This document shows, in pieces, positions 1 through 9,565 of a stretch of 64,000 bases of DNA. Source of the stretch: an uncultured Rhodospirillaceae bacterium (GTDB lineage: Bacteria; Pseudomonadota; Alphaproteobacteria; UBA2966); contig CAYFKJ010000004.1 in the NCBI GenBank assembly GCA_964343605.1, positions 60,574-124,573 on the forward strand, read 5' to 3'. Within the stretch, counting starts at the first letter, position 1, and the number at the start of each line of letters is the position of its first letter. A model generated the notes under the pieces. That model did no database searches, was not told where the DNA came from, and worked only from the letters and a program-made list of their open reading frames with translations. Made by a program: the position numbers and the translations under genes.

Positions 1-64
1 CGGGCGTGGACAGATCGTAGGCCCCCTCCAGCAGTTCCTTGGCTTTTCCTTTATTCGAGCTCAT
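1..64 (-). CDS. 5' end of an unidentified CDS running off the left edge (MSSNKGKAKELLEGAYDLSTP...)
   Basis: Minus-strand ATG at 64 with GGAAGG 5 nt upstream. Open to position 1. Only 21 codons are visible, so no family call. Confidence 0.3.
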   Translation of the reverse strand, partial: MSSNKGKAKELLEGAYDLSTP

Positions 65-96
65 GCGTGCCTTCCGAGGGGTCCACCCCTCCATCA

Positions 97-648
97 TCAA
101 ACGTCTTCAAAAATGCCGGTTTCCCGGCCATCGATGCTGCGCACGTTCTTTCTGCGCCAGTATTTTTCCACACCGTCCGGGCCCATATCCTCGTAGTAGG
201 GGACGAGTTCCGTCTCCCCCCTGCTTCCGACAAAATTCATGAAGGGAACGCCGGTGCCGCAGGAAATCTGTACGAGGTCGATACTTAGGTCGAAGATCTG
301 GCGGCTGCCGGCAAGCTCGGGGAAGTCTGCCGCCGCGCCCTGCCATTCGGTGTCACGGGGGTGGAGCACCGTGGCCTGTCCATAAACCCGCAGGATCATG
401 GCATCGCCCTCGAAGGCGCAGAACATAAGCGTCATACGGTTTATCTCGCGGACATGCGCCGCGGTCTCGTTGCCGCTGCCGCTCAAATTCAACCAAACAA
501 TCCGGTTGTCGTCGACAACGCGAAGCGTATCCATTCCCTTGGGCGAAACGTTGACGCGTCCGTCCCGTCCGGCCGTGGCGACGAAGAAAAGCGGCTGACG
601 ATCGATGAAAGCCCGAAGCTTCTCGTTGAGTTTCTTCCTGGTTGCCAT
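97..648 (-). CDS. pyridoxamine 5'-phosphate oxidase-like FMN-binding family protein
   Basis: The ORF body (RQPLFFVATAGRDGRVNVSPKG ... ILRVYG) resembles the PNPOx split-barrel family. Start placed at ATG 648 (MATRKK), which has AGGAAA upstream; the track ORF extends to 705. Confidence 0.7.
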   Translation of the reverse strand: MATRKKLNEKLRAFIDRQPLFFVATAGRDGRVNVSPKGMDTLRVVDDNRIVWLNLSGSGNETAAHVREINRMTLMFCAFEGDAMILRVYGQATVLHPRDTEWQGAAADFPELAGSRQIFDLSIDLVQISCGTGVPFMNFVGSRGETELVPYYEDMGPDGVEKYWRRKNVRSIDGRETGIFEDV

Positions 649-760
649 GTTTCCTGTTCCGAGTTTGAGCCGCCAATCGCGACGAACTGGCATTATAAGT
701 AACAAGGCTCTTGTTGTGGGGTCATATCGGTTGCTGAGGAACTAAGGAGGGAGAGGTTCG

Positions 761-1819
761 ATGACTACAGCGAGTATGAACGGCGCGAACATGGAACCCA
801 CGGCGGAGTCACAGGTTGCCAAGGTTTTCGAGTGGCGGCGCGGCTTCAACGCCATGCACCTGATCGACATCGGCATTCGGCTTGGGCTTTTCCGGGCGTT
901 CGCCGACAATCCGGGGGCAACCCCCGGAGAGGTCGCCGCTGATCTGGGGTTGCATCCGCCGTACGTCGACACCTGGTGCACAACGGCCTATTCGTTCGGC
1001 CTGCTGGAGGGGGAGGAAGACCGCACCTTCCGGCTTGCCCCCTACATGGATCAGGTTCTGGCGAGCCCGGGACATCCCCGCTACCTCGGCGGTTTCGTCC
1101 GTCTGGGTACGGAGTTCGCGACCGAGGATCACCGCTCCTGCCTGGAGGCCTTCGCCACTGGCGACACGGTACCGTTCCAGGGGCGCAGCGACGAATTTTC
1201 CGACGCCGTGGCCGAGGGCACCTTCGGCCTGCAGGTTTTGAGCGCCCGAAAACTGCTGCCCGAACTTCCGGGTTTGCAGGAAAAACTCGATGCTGGCGGC
1301 ACGCTGCTCGAAGTCGGCTGCGGCGCCGGACGCCACCTTTTGCAGGTGACGAAGGCCTTTCCCGAAGCCCGCTGCATCGGCGTCGATATCGATCCCACCG
1401 GCCTCAAGGCGGCCCGCGAGGCCGTCGACAAGGCGGGCATCGGCGAGCGTGTCGAGATCATCGAGGGCGACGTCGGCAGCGCTGTCCCGGAAGCCTCGGC
1501 GGATGCTGTGGTGATGATCGAGGTTTTGCACGAAATCGCGCCGGCGATCCGCCAGCAGGTGATCGACGGCTGCTATCGGACATTGGCCCCCGGTGGCTGG
1601 TTGCTGATTGTCGACGAAACCTACCCCGCCACACTCGCCGAGTCGCGCCGCCCCGAGTACCTCTTCCCCATACAGACGGGGTTCGAGGAATTGACCTGGG
1701 GCAATGTGTTGCCCACCGCCGGCGAACAGGAGACGTTGCTGCGTACCGCCGGTTTCACCGACGAGATCGGCCGCTCGGTCATCGGCGAGGGCTTTACGGT
1801 TCTGAGCGTTCGAAAGTAG
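761..1819 (+). CDS. class I SAM-dependent methyltransferase (O-methyltransferase-like, N-terminal dimerisation/wHTH region)
   Basis: 352 aa. SAM-binding motif LLEVGCGAGRHLL followed by the acidic loop GVDID. AAGGAGGGAG lies upstream of the ATG. Confidence 0.75.
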   Translation: MTTASMNGANMEPTAESQVAKVFEWRRGFNAMHLIDIGIRLGLFRAFADNPGATPGEVAADLGLHPPYVDTWCTTAYSFGLLEGEEDRTFRLAPYMDQVLASPGHPRYLGGFVRLGTEFATEDHRSCLEAFATGDTVPFQGRSDEFSDAVAEGTFGLQVLSARKLLPELPGLQEKLDAGGTLLEVGCGAGRHLLQVTKAFPEARCIGVDIDPTGLKAAREAVDKAGIGERVEIIEGDVGSAVPEASADAVVMIEVLHEIAPAIRQQVIDGCYRTLAPGGWLLIVDETYPATLAESRRPEYLFPIQTGFEELTWGNVLPTAGEQETLLRTAGFTDEIGRSVIGEGFTVLSVRK

Positions 1820-1852
1820 ATCCGTCGCGGCGGCGCTCCGACCCGCCGATGA

Positions 1853-2638
1853 CTAGTTGTCGTGAATATCGTGCTTCGCCTTCAAGCGCGTCACCAAATC
1901 GCCCTGACTTGCCAGCCACTGATCGAAGGATGCAAGAACACCGGGATAACGAATAGTGGAAACGGAAAACGGGTGCAACGAATAGGGCAACGAATAGTCG
2001 AAAACCAGCTCGCCCGCCGAATACCCCATGCGCCGCAAATGGTGCTGCACGACATGCACGTCGCCGTATATGCCGTCAACCCGCCGCTGCATGCCCATTT
2101 TGACCAGGCTGTCCATGGTGGATGTTTCACCTAGTTTCAGCGATCCCGATTCAATTTGCGCCTGATACTCTACCGGGTTGAAACCAAGCAAAATCCCCAT
2201 CGTGTTTAATTGGCGGCTTCCCGCCCGATCCGGCAGGACGCTGACTCCCGCCGTTGATATCGCGACCGGCCGACTGTATCGAACAATGAGTTTCGATTTA
2301 GCAGCCGCATACCAGTTGGGATTATCCGGATAGCGAAAATCGATTTGATTGGCAGAGAGGTGCAGCATCAGCCGTTTGACCGGCAGTTCCACGTATTCGA
2401 ACTTATGTCCTGCGTCGTTCGCAAAGGCATCCAGCAAATCCCGGGCATACCCGGTGAATTCTCCGTTGGTGACTCCGAAATGCGGGAGGTAGGACGAATC
2501 CTCGACACCGATTTTGAAGCTCTCGGCCCGGGCGGCGTAAGAGGCGTCAAATATCATGATCGCCAAAACGAGCGCCACGATGAGCCCGCGCTTGTAACCG
2601 GCAAGCAACCTGTTGTTCACCCTACGATCTCCTGCCAT
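1853..2638 (-). CDS. periplasmic solute-binding protein-like (family 3 type), signal peptide
   Basis: 261 aa. N-terminal hydrophobic segment LIVALVLAIMIF..AARA. Overall resemblance to amino-acid-type substrate-binding proteins; no adjacent permease or ATPase. Confidence 0.5.
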   Translation of the reverse strand: MAGDRRVNNRLLAGYKRGLIVALVLAIMIFDASYAARAESFKIGVEDSSYLPHFGVTNGEFTGYARDLLDAFANDAGHKFEYVELPVKRLMLHLSANQIDFRYPDNPNWYAAAKSKLIVRYSRPVAISTAGVSVLPDRAGSRQLNTMGILLGFNPVEYQAQIESGSLKLGETSTMDSLVKMGMQRRVDGIYGDVHVVQHHLRRMGYSAGELVFDYSLPYSLHPFSVSTIRYPGVLASFDQWLASQGDLVTRLKAKHDIHDN

Positions 2639-2770
2639 CCTAAGGAAATAAATAGATGGCCGTTCGCGTTCGGCAAGCCGGATTGCAGCAGACCGGCGAA
2701 GGCGGATTGTTTGTTATTGATGAAGCTCGCGCATCGCACCCGGCGGGCAGTGGTATCGGAGTAAGTACTG

Positions 2771-4027
2771 ATGGGCGCAAGCGACAGAGACCCCAGTGAA
2801 CTGTATGAAGAGCGCTACCAGCGTCTGCAGGATGCCATTGCGCTGAAAGAAACCGACCGGGCCGTGTCGGTTTTCTATACCATGTTCTGGTACGCCAAAT
2901 ACGGCGGCGTCACCTGCCGGGACACGATGTATGACTACGACGCGCTCTCGGACATCGTTCGCCGCATTTTGACCGAATTCCAGCCCGATTGCTTCTCCCT
3001 GCCGCATCCGAGCATTGCGCTCGGTCCGACCATGGAAGCCATGGATTTCAAGCAGTTGGAGTGGCCGGGCCACGGCACCGATCTGAATGTCTCCTATCAG
3101 TTCCTCGACAAGGAATACATGAGCGCCGAGGAGTACGAGGACTACATATTCGATCCGACCGGCTTCTATCTCAGCAAGTACCTGCCTCGCATAGCGGGCG
3201 CCTGCGAGGGGTTCGCCAAGCTGCCGGACTTTCCGGGAAACTTCTATCTTCAGTCGGTGCTGGGATCGCGCGCTTTCTCCAACCCGGCGGTCGTGCAGTC
3301 GCTCCAGGCCATGGCGGCGGCAGGCGGGGAAATGCAAACCATGCTGCGAAAAGCCATGGCTTTTGGACAAGAGATGGCCGAAGCCGGCTTTCCGCAAATC
3401 CAGGGCGCCAGCGCCCTTTCCCCCTTCGATTATTTCGCCGACTATTTCCGCGGCTCCAAGGGAGCGATGCTGGACATGTACCGCCATGGTGACCGGTTTC
3501 TGGAAGCCATGGACAAGGCGGCCGTATTCATCGTTCGGGCCGCGGTCGCCCAGGCGAAAAACCATCCCTGCAAGATCGTCTTCATCCCCATTCACTGGGC
3601 CTTCGACGGCTTCATGGGAGAGGATCATTTCAAGACGTTCTTCTGGCCGCCGTTCCGGAAGGTGATCGTGGGCTTGATCGAGGCCGGCCTCAATCCGCTG
3701 CTGCTGTGGGAAGGGGATTGCACGTCGCGGATGGAACTGATCGGAGATATCCCGGCGGGAAAAGCCATTTACTGGTTCGAGAGGGGCGATCTATTCAAGG
3801 CAAAGGAGATACTCGGCGGCGTGGCCTGCCTGCGCGGCAATGTCCCGCCCTCGCTGCTCAACACGGGCACGCCCAACGAGGTCGACGAATACTGCGGGAA
3901 GCTGATCGAAGTTGTCGGCAAGGGCGGCGGTTTCATACTCGACGGCGGCATCGGCGTCCCGGACGAAGCAAAACCGGAGAACGTTAAGGCCATGTTGGAT
4001 GCGCCCGCTAAATATGCGAACGGCTGA
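2771..4027 (+). CDS. uroporphyrinogen decarboxylase (URO-D)-like family protein, possible MtaA/CmuA-type methyltransferase
   Basis: 418 aa. The N-terminal pattern (YEERYQRLQDAIALKETDR...) and length resemble non-HemE URO-D superfamily members. Call is by recollection only. Confidence 0.45.
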   Translation: MGASDRDPSELYEERYQRLQDAIALKETDRAVSVFYTMFWYAKYGGVTCRDTMYDYDALSDIVRRILTEFQPDCFSLPHPSIALGPTMEAMDFKQLEWPGHGTDLNVSYQFLDKEYMSAEEYEDYIFDPTGFYLSKYLPRIAGACEGFAKLPDFPGNFYLQSVLGSRAFSNPAVVQSLQAMAAAGGEMQTMLRKAMAFGQEMAEAGFPQIQGASALSPFDYFADYFRGSKGAMLDMYRHGDRFLEAMDKAAVFIVRAAVAQAKNHPCKIVFIPIHWAFDGFMGEDHFKTFFWPPFRKVIVGLIEAGLNPLLLWEGDCTSRMELIGDIPAGKAIYWFERGDLFKAKEILGGVACLRGNVPPSLLNTGTPNEVDEYCGKLIEVVGKGGGFILDGGIGVPDEAKPENVKAMLDAPAKYANG

Positions 4028-4036
4028 CCGACGTAT

Positions 4037-4444
4037 CTATTCGGGGTCGGTGCAGCGCAAGGCGTCGTGCAGGGTATCCTTGGAGATTGCACACCCCTGA
4101 AGGTTCGCCCGGTAGACATCTGCGTTGGAGAGATTGACGTCCCTGAGGTTGGCGTCGCGCAGGTCCGCTTCGCTGAGATCGGCCCGGCTCAGGATCGCGC
4201 CGGAGAAATTTGCGCCGCGCAGATCGGCGCCTGCCAAATTGGCGCGCTGCATATCCGCGTCCTGGAATTCAGCCTCGCGCAGGTCGCACCCCCTCAGGTT
4301 GGCGTCACGCAGCAGGACGCCTCTGAAATCGGATCCGGCCAGGTACTGACCCTCCAGCTCCGCCCTCTCGCCGCCGGCCTGGCCGGCTACCCACTGGGCA
4401 TGTTCGGTGAGGATTCGGGCGAGTTCTTCGGGATCCATGATCAA
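4037..4444 (-). CDS. pentapeptide repeat protein
   Basis: Uninterrupted A(D/N)LXX repeats (ANLRGCDLREAEFQDADMQRANLAGADLRGANFSGAILSRADLSEADLRDANLRDVNLSNADV). Confidence 0.85.
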   Translation of the reverse strand: MIMDPEELARILTEHAQWVAGQAGGERAELEGQYLAGSDFRGVLLRDANLRGCDLREAEFQDADMQRANLAGADLRGANFSGAILSRADLSEADLRDANLRDVNLSNADVYRANLQGCAISKDTLHDALRCTDPE

Positions 4445-4598
4445 CCTTCAAAAATTGCCGAGGGTTCGGCGTCAGCTTGCCACGGCCGCTCGCAAAGGGA
4501 CAACTCCAAAGCGCAATTTGCCCTTGCGCCGGCACCCGCCTTCCCGCACCCTGTCGCGCTCAAGATTGACCCACCCCAAATGCGAAAAGACCGACACC

Positions 4599-5837
4599 AT
4601 GACGACGCGTGACGAATGCGCGGCCCTTGATGCCGACGACCCCCTCGGTTCCTGCCGGAAAGCCTTCCAACTTCCCGAAAACGTCGTCTATCTGGACGGC
4701 AATTCCCTGGGGCCGCTCACCCATGCCGCCGCCCGGCGCATGGAAACCGTGGTGCGCCAGGAATGGGGCGAAGGTCTGATCCGCAGTTGGAACGCCGCCG
4801 ACTGGATCAACGCCGGCACCCGCATTGGCGACCGTATCGCCAAATTGGTCGGCGCAGGCGCCGGCGAAATCGTGGTGGGCGACAGCACCTCGGTGAACGT
4901 CTTCAAACAGGTTGCCGCCGCGGTCAAACTGCGCCCCGACCGCAAGGTCATCGTTTCCGAAGCAGGGAACTTTCCCACCGACCTCTACATGGTGCAGGGC
5001 CTGATCAAGTTCCTCGACGACGGCCATGAGTTGAGGCTGGTTGAGGATGGCGGCGACATCCTGGCGGCCGTCGACGAAGACACGGCGGTCGTGATGCTCA
5101 CCCAGGTCGACTACCGCACCGGGCGCATGCTGGACATGGCCGCCGTCACCGCCGCCGTCCAGGCCAAGGGAGCCTTGATGCTGTGGGATCTCTGCCATTC
5201 GGCGGGCGCCGTTCCCGTCGACCTCAACGGCGCGAACGCCGATCTCGCGGTCGGCTGTACCTATAAATACCTCAACGGCGGGCCGGGCGCGCCGGCCTTC
5301 CTGTATGTCGCAAAGCGCCTGCAGGACGATATCGAGCAGCCCTTGTCCGGCTGGATGGGTCATGCCGCTCCCTTCGATTTCAGCAATCAATACCAACCGG
5401 CGGGCGGCATCGAACGGAACCTCTGCGGCTCCCACACCATTTTGGCCCTTTCGGCCCTGGACAGCGCGCTGGACGTTTGGGACGGGGTGGACATGGCCGA
5501 TCTCAGAGCCAAGAGCCTGCGTTTGACCGATCTTTTCATCGAGCTGGTCGAGGACCGATGCGGCGGCATGGGCTTCGAACTGGACACCCCGCGCGACGGC
5601 AACGTTCGCGGCAGCCAGGTGTCGTTCCGTCACGAAAACGCATTTCCCATCATGCAGGCCTTGATCGCGGCCGGCGTCATCGGTGACTACCGCGAGCCCA
5701 ACGTGCTGCGCTTCGGCTTTACGCCACTTTACTTGCGCTACACCGACGTATGGGACGCCGCCGATAGGTTGCACGGGATCATGGAAATGGAGACCTGGCG
5801 CGCGCCGGAGTATTCGGTGCGCGGCGCCGTGACCTAA
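4599..5837 (+). CDS. kynU: kynureninase
   Basis: The YLDGNSLGP motif and PLP-lysine context CTYKYLNGGPGAP are typical of kynureninase. Start set at ATG 4599 (MTTRDE); the 64 upstream codons of the track ORF are basic, low complexity and overlap the neighbouring gene start. Confidence 0.85.
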   Translation: MTTRDECAALDADDPLGSCRKAFQLPENVVYLDGNSLGPLTHAAARRMETVVRQEWGEGLIRSWNAADWINAGTRIGDRIAKLVGAGAGEIVVGDSTSVNVFKQVAAAVKLRPDRKVIVSEAGNFPTDLYMVQGLIKFLDDGHELRLVEDGGDILAAVDEDTAVVMLTQVDYRTGRMLDMAAVTAAVQAKGALMLWDLCHSAGAVPVDLNGANADLAVGCTYKYLNGGPGAPAFLYVAKRLQDDIEQPLSGWMGHAAPFDFSNQYQPAGGIERNLCGSHTILALSALDSALDVWDGVDMADLRAKSLRLTDLFIELVEDRCGGMGFELDTPRDGNVRGSQVSFRHENAFPIMQALIAAGVIGDYREPNVLRFGFTPLYLRYTDVWDAADRLHGIMEMETWRAPEYSVRGAVT

Positions 5838-5840
5838 GCC

Positions 5841-6713
5841 TTACCAGTAAAACCCGGGGATGGCCGCCGTCGGCATGTGTCCGGCCTCCGCTGCCGCGGC
5901 TTCGATCTCGGCGGCCTCGGGCGGGCCCGACGCACCCCCGAATTCCTCGGCGTGAATGCCGGTCAGCACGAACAACGAATCGATCCCGGCACCCCGAGCC
6001 CCCGCAATGTCAGTGCGAAAGCTGTCGCCGACGGCGACAATGCGTTCGCGGGGCGTGTCGCCCAGTCGTTCAAAGCAGACCTCGTAGGCCCGGGCGTGGG
6101 GCTTGCCGTGGAAACGGACGTTGCCGCCCATGCGCTCGTAGGCCACGGCGAGCGACCCGGCACACAGGACCATGTGATCGCCGCGCATGACCGAGAGATC
6201 GGGGTTGGCGCAGATCATCGGCAGCTCCCTGGCCAAAGCCCGTTCGAACTCCGGCCGGTAGTCCTCCTCGGTCTCGGTTTCGTCGTCGCGCAGGCCCGAC
6301 GTCAGAACGAAGTCGGCAACGTCCAGATCGTCGACTTCCGTTACCCCGGTGCCGTCCAGGAGGCCCCAGTCACGCTCCGGTCCGACATGATAGAACCGCT
6401 CGCCCAATGCGGCATGCCACTCGTCATCGCGCTGGGATACGCACAGCCGGGTGACATCGCCCGAGGTCACGAGGATATCGTAGGCCTCGCGCGGAACGCC
6501 GAAGCCGGCCACCTGAACGGTCACTTTTTCGCTGGCGCGCGGTGCATTGGACAACAGAACGATGCGCTTGCCCGCCTGGTGAAGTCTTTCCAGGCAGTCG
6601 AGGACACCGGGATAGGGCTCGACGCCGTTATGGACGACGCCCCAGAGATCGAGGATCAGGGCGTCGTAGCGCCCGGCGATATCGCGGATGCCGTTTAGAA
6701 GGGGAAGGGTCAC
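5841..6713 (-). CDS. HAD-superfamily subfamily IIA hydrolase (TIGR01459-like)
   Basis: N-terminal LILDLWGVVHNG (DxxG-type HAD motif I variant), LLSNAPR, and C-terminal VGDSFRTDIAGA motif. Confidence 0.75.
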   Translation of the reverse strand: MTLPLLNGIRDIAGRYDALILDLWGVVHNGVEPYPGVLDCLERLHQAGKRIVLLSNAPRASEKVTVQVAGFGVPREAYDILVTSGDVTRLCVSQRDDEWHAALGERFYHVGPERDWGLLDGTGVTEVDDLDVADFVLTSGLRDDETETEEDYRPEFERALARELPMICANPDLSVMRGDHMVLCAGSLAVAYERMGGNVRFHGKPHARAYEVCFERLGDTPRERIVAVGDSFRTDIAGARGAGIDSLFVLTGIHAEEFGGASGPPEAAEIEAAAAEAGHMPTAAIPGFYW

Positions 6714-6764
6714 GGAAATCTGTGTTCGGTTACACTTTATTTTGCGGAGTGAGGCATATCGCAG

Positions 6765-7832
6765 TTAAAGGTCGATGTCCACGCCGACGGCGTCATTGAC
6801 ACAGTCGAAGCCGTCGCCGTCCAACAGGGCCGCCAGATCCGATTTGATGCGGCCGACCAGGGCGGGGCCGGCGTAGACCAGCGCCGTGTAGAGTTGGACA
6901 AGTGTGGCGCCTGCCCGGATCTTGGCGTAGGCGTCGGCGCCCGAGGATATGCCGCCGACGCCGATGAGCGTGATGCGCCCGCCGGTCATTTTGTACATCT
7001 CTCCCAACAGGTCCGTCGACGGCCCCATCAGAGGCGCCCCGCTGAGGCCGCCGACCTCATCGCGATGGCGTCCTTTCAGCGGCGGACGGGCAATGGTCGT
7101 GTTGCTGATGATCATGCCGTCGATGGCGTGCCGCAACGCTGCCTCGGCAATGATCTCGCGCCCTTCCTGGTCGAGGTCGGGCGCGATTTTCACCAACAGC
7201 GGCACGGGTTCACGGCCCTCGGGCGAAACCTCCGCGCGCGCAGCAACGATGCGCCCGAGCAGTTCATCCAAAGCCTCCCGACCCTGGAGGTCGCGCAGAC
7301 CCGGCGTGTTGGGTGAGGAGATGTTGATCGTCAGGTACTCGGCCAGTCCGGCCAAACGCCGGACGCCTGTCACGTAATCGCCGATCCGGTCGGCGCTGTT
7401 CTTGTTGGCACCGACGTTGGCGCCGAGGATACCGCCTCGGTTATGTCGCTTCCGCAGCCGCGCCTCCACGACATCCAGGCCGTCATTGTTGAAGCCGTTG
7501 CGGTTGATGACGGCGCGGTCCTCGGGCAGGCGGAACAATCTCGGGCGCGGGTTTCCCGGCTGTGCCAGCGGCGTGACGCTGCCGATTTCGACGAAGCTGA
7601 AGCCCAGGCGGAGCATGGCGTCGGGCACTTCCGCGTTCTTGTCGAAACCGGCGGCGAGCCCGACGGGATTGGGAAAATCGCGGCCCAGCGCCCGTGTGTT
7701 CAAGCGCGCGTCGTCCAGCCCCGCCCGGCCGAGCGGAATTCCCGATCGCAGGGCATTGACGGTGCAGCGGTGGGCGGTTTCGGGATCGAGAAGGCGAAGA
7801 AAGGAACCAACCAGGGGGTAGAAATCGATCAA
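6765..7832 (-). CDS. pyrD: dihydroorotate dehydrogenase (quinone)
   Basis: 355 aa with NRNGFNNDG, NISSPNTPGLR, LVKIAPDL and GVGGISSG motifs of class 2 DHODH. Confidence 0.93.
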   Translation of the reverse strand: MIDFYPLVGSFLRLLDPETAHRCTVNALRSGIPLGRAGLDDARLNTRALGRDFPNPVGLAAGFDKNAEVPDAMLRLGFSFVEIGSVTPLAQPGNPRPRLFRLPEDRAVINRNGFNNDGLDVVEARLRKRHNRGGILGANVGANKNSADRIGDYVTGVRRLAGLAEYLTINISSPNTPGLRDLQGREALDELLGRIVAARAEVSPEGREPVPLLVKIAPDLDQEGREIIAEAALRHAIDGMIISNTTIARPPLKGRHRDEVGGLSGAPLMGPSTDLLGEMYKMTGGRITLIGVGGISSGADAYAKIRAGATLVQLYTALVYAGPALVGRIKSDLAALLDGDGFDCVNDAVGVDIDL

Positions 7833-8572
7833 AACAGGCTCCCCTGGGCCGACGGTGGCGTTTCTTCATCGGTACTTCCCGTATCCTCCTCCTCAGCCGG
7901 AACCTCAATCGGTTCGATGCAGGCGGGATCATCGTTTTTGGGGCTGTTGACGCGCTTGGAGACGGGATAGACCTTCAGGCCCTCCTCGTTGGCGACCTCC
8001 AGGACCGCCGCGACCTCCGTCTGGTCCGCGTCCGCTTCGCCGAGCCACAATTCGAACTGTTCGGGCGGCACGATGGCCGGCATGCGATGGTGCAGGGGCG
8101 CCGTCATGGGTCCGGCTTCCCGCACGATGATCGAGCACGATTCGAGCACCTCGCCGTCCGCCGGGTCCTGCCAATGCTCCCACAATCCGGCCAGGGCGAA
8201 AACGCCCCCGTCCTCGCGGCAGAAACGATAGGGTTGCTTGCCCGACGCAACCTTGACCCACTCGTAGTAGCCGTCGGCCGGAATGAGGCAGCGCCGTTTC
8301 TTGAAGGCGGCACGGAAGGACGGTTTCTCGGCGACGGTCTCGGCCCGGGCATTGATGGTTTTGGCGCCGAAGTCCCGTTGCTTGGCCCACGAGGGGATCA
8401 GCCCCCAGTGCATCATGGCCAATTCACGCGCGCCGTCGGCGCCGTTGCGGACGACGGGGACGTCCTGGGATGGCGATATGTTGTAGCGCGGCGCGAGATT
8501 GGTCAATTCGCGCAACCCGAACAGCAAATACATGGCTTCGGGCGGAGAGGTCAGGCTGTAGCGGCCACACAT
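7829..8572 (-). CDS. SOS response-associated peptidase (SRAP/YedK family) abasic-site processing protein
   Basis: N-terminal MCGRY with catalytic Cys2. Conserved MHWGLIPSW and RCLIPADGYYEW blocks. Its stop overlaps the pyrD start by 4 nt. Confidence 0.9.
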   Translation of the reverse strand: MCGRYSLTSPPEAMYLLFGLRELTNLAPRYNISPSQDVPVVRNGADGARELAMMHWGLIPSWAKQRDFGAKTINARAETVAEKPSFRAAFKKRRCLIPADGYYEWVKVASGKQPYRFCREDGGVFALAGLWEHWQDPADGEVLESCSIIVREAGPMTAPLHHRMPAIVPPEQFELWLGEADADQTEVAAVLEVANEEGLKVYPVSKRVNSPKNDDPACIEPIEVPAEEEDTGSTDEETPPSAQGSLF

Positions 8573-8707
8573 TTCGCCGACATAATAGGGTTTTCACCGC
8601 CGTTCCGGTAGCACTAACACCTTATGAATAAGCATATTTTTCAGGCTTGGGCCGATGGCCCCGAGGCGTTGGGCGATGGCTGCTAACCCTTTGGAAAATC
8701 GAACTTC

Positions 8708-8725
8708 TTGATACAAAACTGATAC
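8708..8725. promoter_or_regulatory. direct repeat TGATACA-N4-TGATACA in the divergent SRAP / S24-repressor intergenic region (candidate operator)
   Basis: Exact 7-mer repeated with 11-bp periodicity, inside an AT-rich 209-bp spacer between two divergent genes. Confidence 0.3.
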
Positions 8726-8781
8726 ACATGCGAAACACAATGGTGGGTGAAAGTTACAATCGTCTGTGAGACAATAAACCC

Positions 8782-9414
8782 ATGTTGACACATGAAACTA
8801 TCTGGCAGGGCATCGATGCCCTGGCCAAGAAATACAACATGAGCCCCTCCGGCATGGCCCGGAAGGCCGGTCTCGACCCCACCACGTTCAACAAGAGCAA
8901 GCGCGTTTCAGGGGACGGTCGGGCCCGCTGGCCGAACACGGAAAGCCTGTCTCGGATCCTGGAGGCGACGGGCGCCGACTTTGCCGAATTCGTGACCCTC
9001 ACCAGCGGCGGCAAGGCCGAGGAAAACGTCCACCACGTACCGGTGCTCACATTTGGCCAGGCTCGCGACGATCAGCATTTTGACAGCCAAGGCCGGCTCA
9101 ACAACGGTGGCTGGGACCGGGTACCCGTTCACGGGCTGCACCAGCAAAACGCCTTCGCCTTGGAGATCGATGACGATCTCATGGAACCGGTATACCGGGC
9201 CGGGGACATCATCGTGCTCTCGCCCGACACCAAAATCGAGCGGGGCGACCGTGTCGTGATGAAAACCGGGGGCGGCGAGATCATGGCCAAACAGATGCTT
9301 CGGGAATCGCTGCGCCAGGTGGAAGTTCTACCCATCAACACATCGATGCCGCCCAGCATCTACGCTGTCCGGGACATCCAGTGGATGACCAGGATCGTCT
9401 GGGCCAGTCAGTAA
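8782..9414 (+). CDS. HTH transcriptional regulator with S24 (LexA/CI-like) C-terminal domain, nucleophile Ser replaced
   Basis: N-terminal HTH (YNMSPSGMARKAGLDPTTFNKSKR). C-terminal S24 fold (LEIDDDLMEPVYRAGDIIVLSP ... GEIMAKQM). The canonical G-x-S-M reads D-D-L-M. Confidence 0.8.
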   Translation: MLTHETIWQGIDALAKKYNMSPSGMARKAGLDPTTFNKSKRVSGDGRARWPNTESLSRILEATGADFAEFVTLTSGGKAEENVHHVPVLTFGQARDDQHFDSQGRLNNGGWDRVPVHGLHQQNAFALEIDDDLMEPVYRAGDIIVLSPDTKIERGDRVVMKTGGGEIMAKQMLRESLRQVEVLPINTSMPPSIYAVRDIQWMTRIVWASQ

Positions 9415-9510
9415 GTATATTTCCGAAATTAGGCTTCAAGTCATATTGGATTGACGCTGAAACGGCGTTATCCTGCCTGTTCGCGCGCTGATCGCGCGTG
9501 GATGATTCCG

Positions 9511-9550
9511 AACACCGGTCAGCATGTGGCGACCGGTGTTGTTTGTCGTG
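9511..9550 (+). terminator. perfect 10-bp stem-loop (AACACCGGTC-N10-GACCGGTGTT) followed by GTTTGTCGTG
   Basis: Inverted repeat read directly. It lies 97 nt downstream of the S24 regulator stop and 16 nt upstream of the aminotransferase start. The U tract is weak. Confidence 0.4.
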
Positions 9551-9565
9551 AAAGGAACGGGTTAG

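Noticed and set aside
4560-5774. 404-aa ORF on the minus strand
   Set aside because: It is antisense to kynureninase, which has a clear PLP-lysine motif. This is a GC-driven open frame.
8573-8781. Canonical alphaproteobacterial LexA/SOS box upstream of the SRAP gene
   Set aside because: I scanned both strands for GTTC-N7-GTTC / GAAC-N7-GAAC. Only partial matches occur (for example GAACTTCTTGATAC), so I do not claim SOS regulation.
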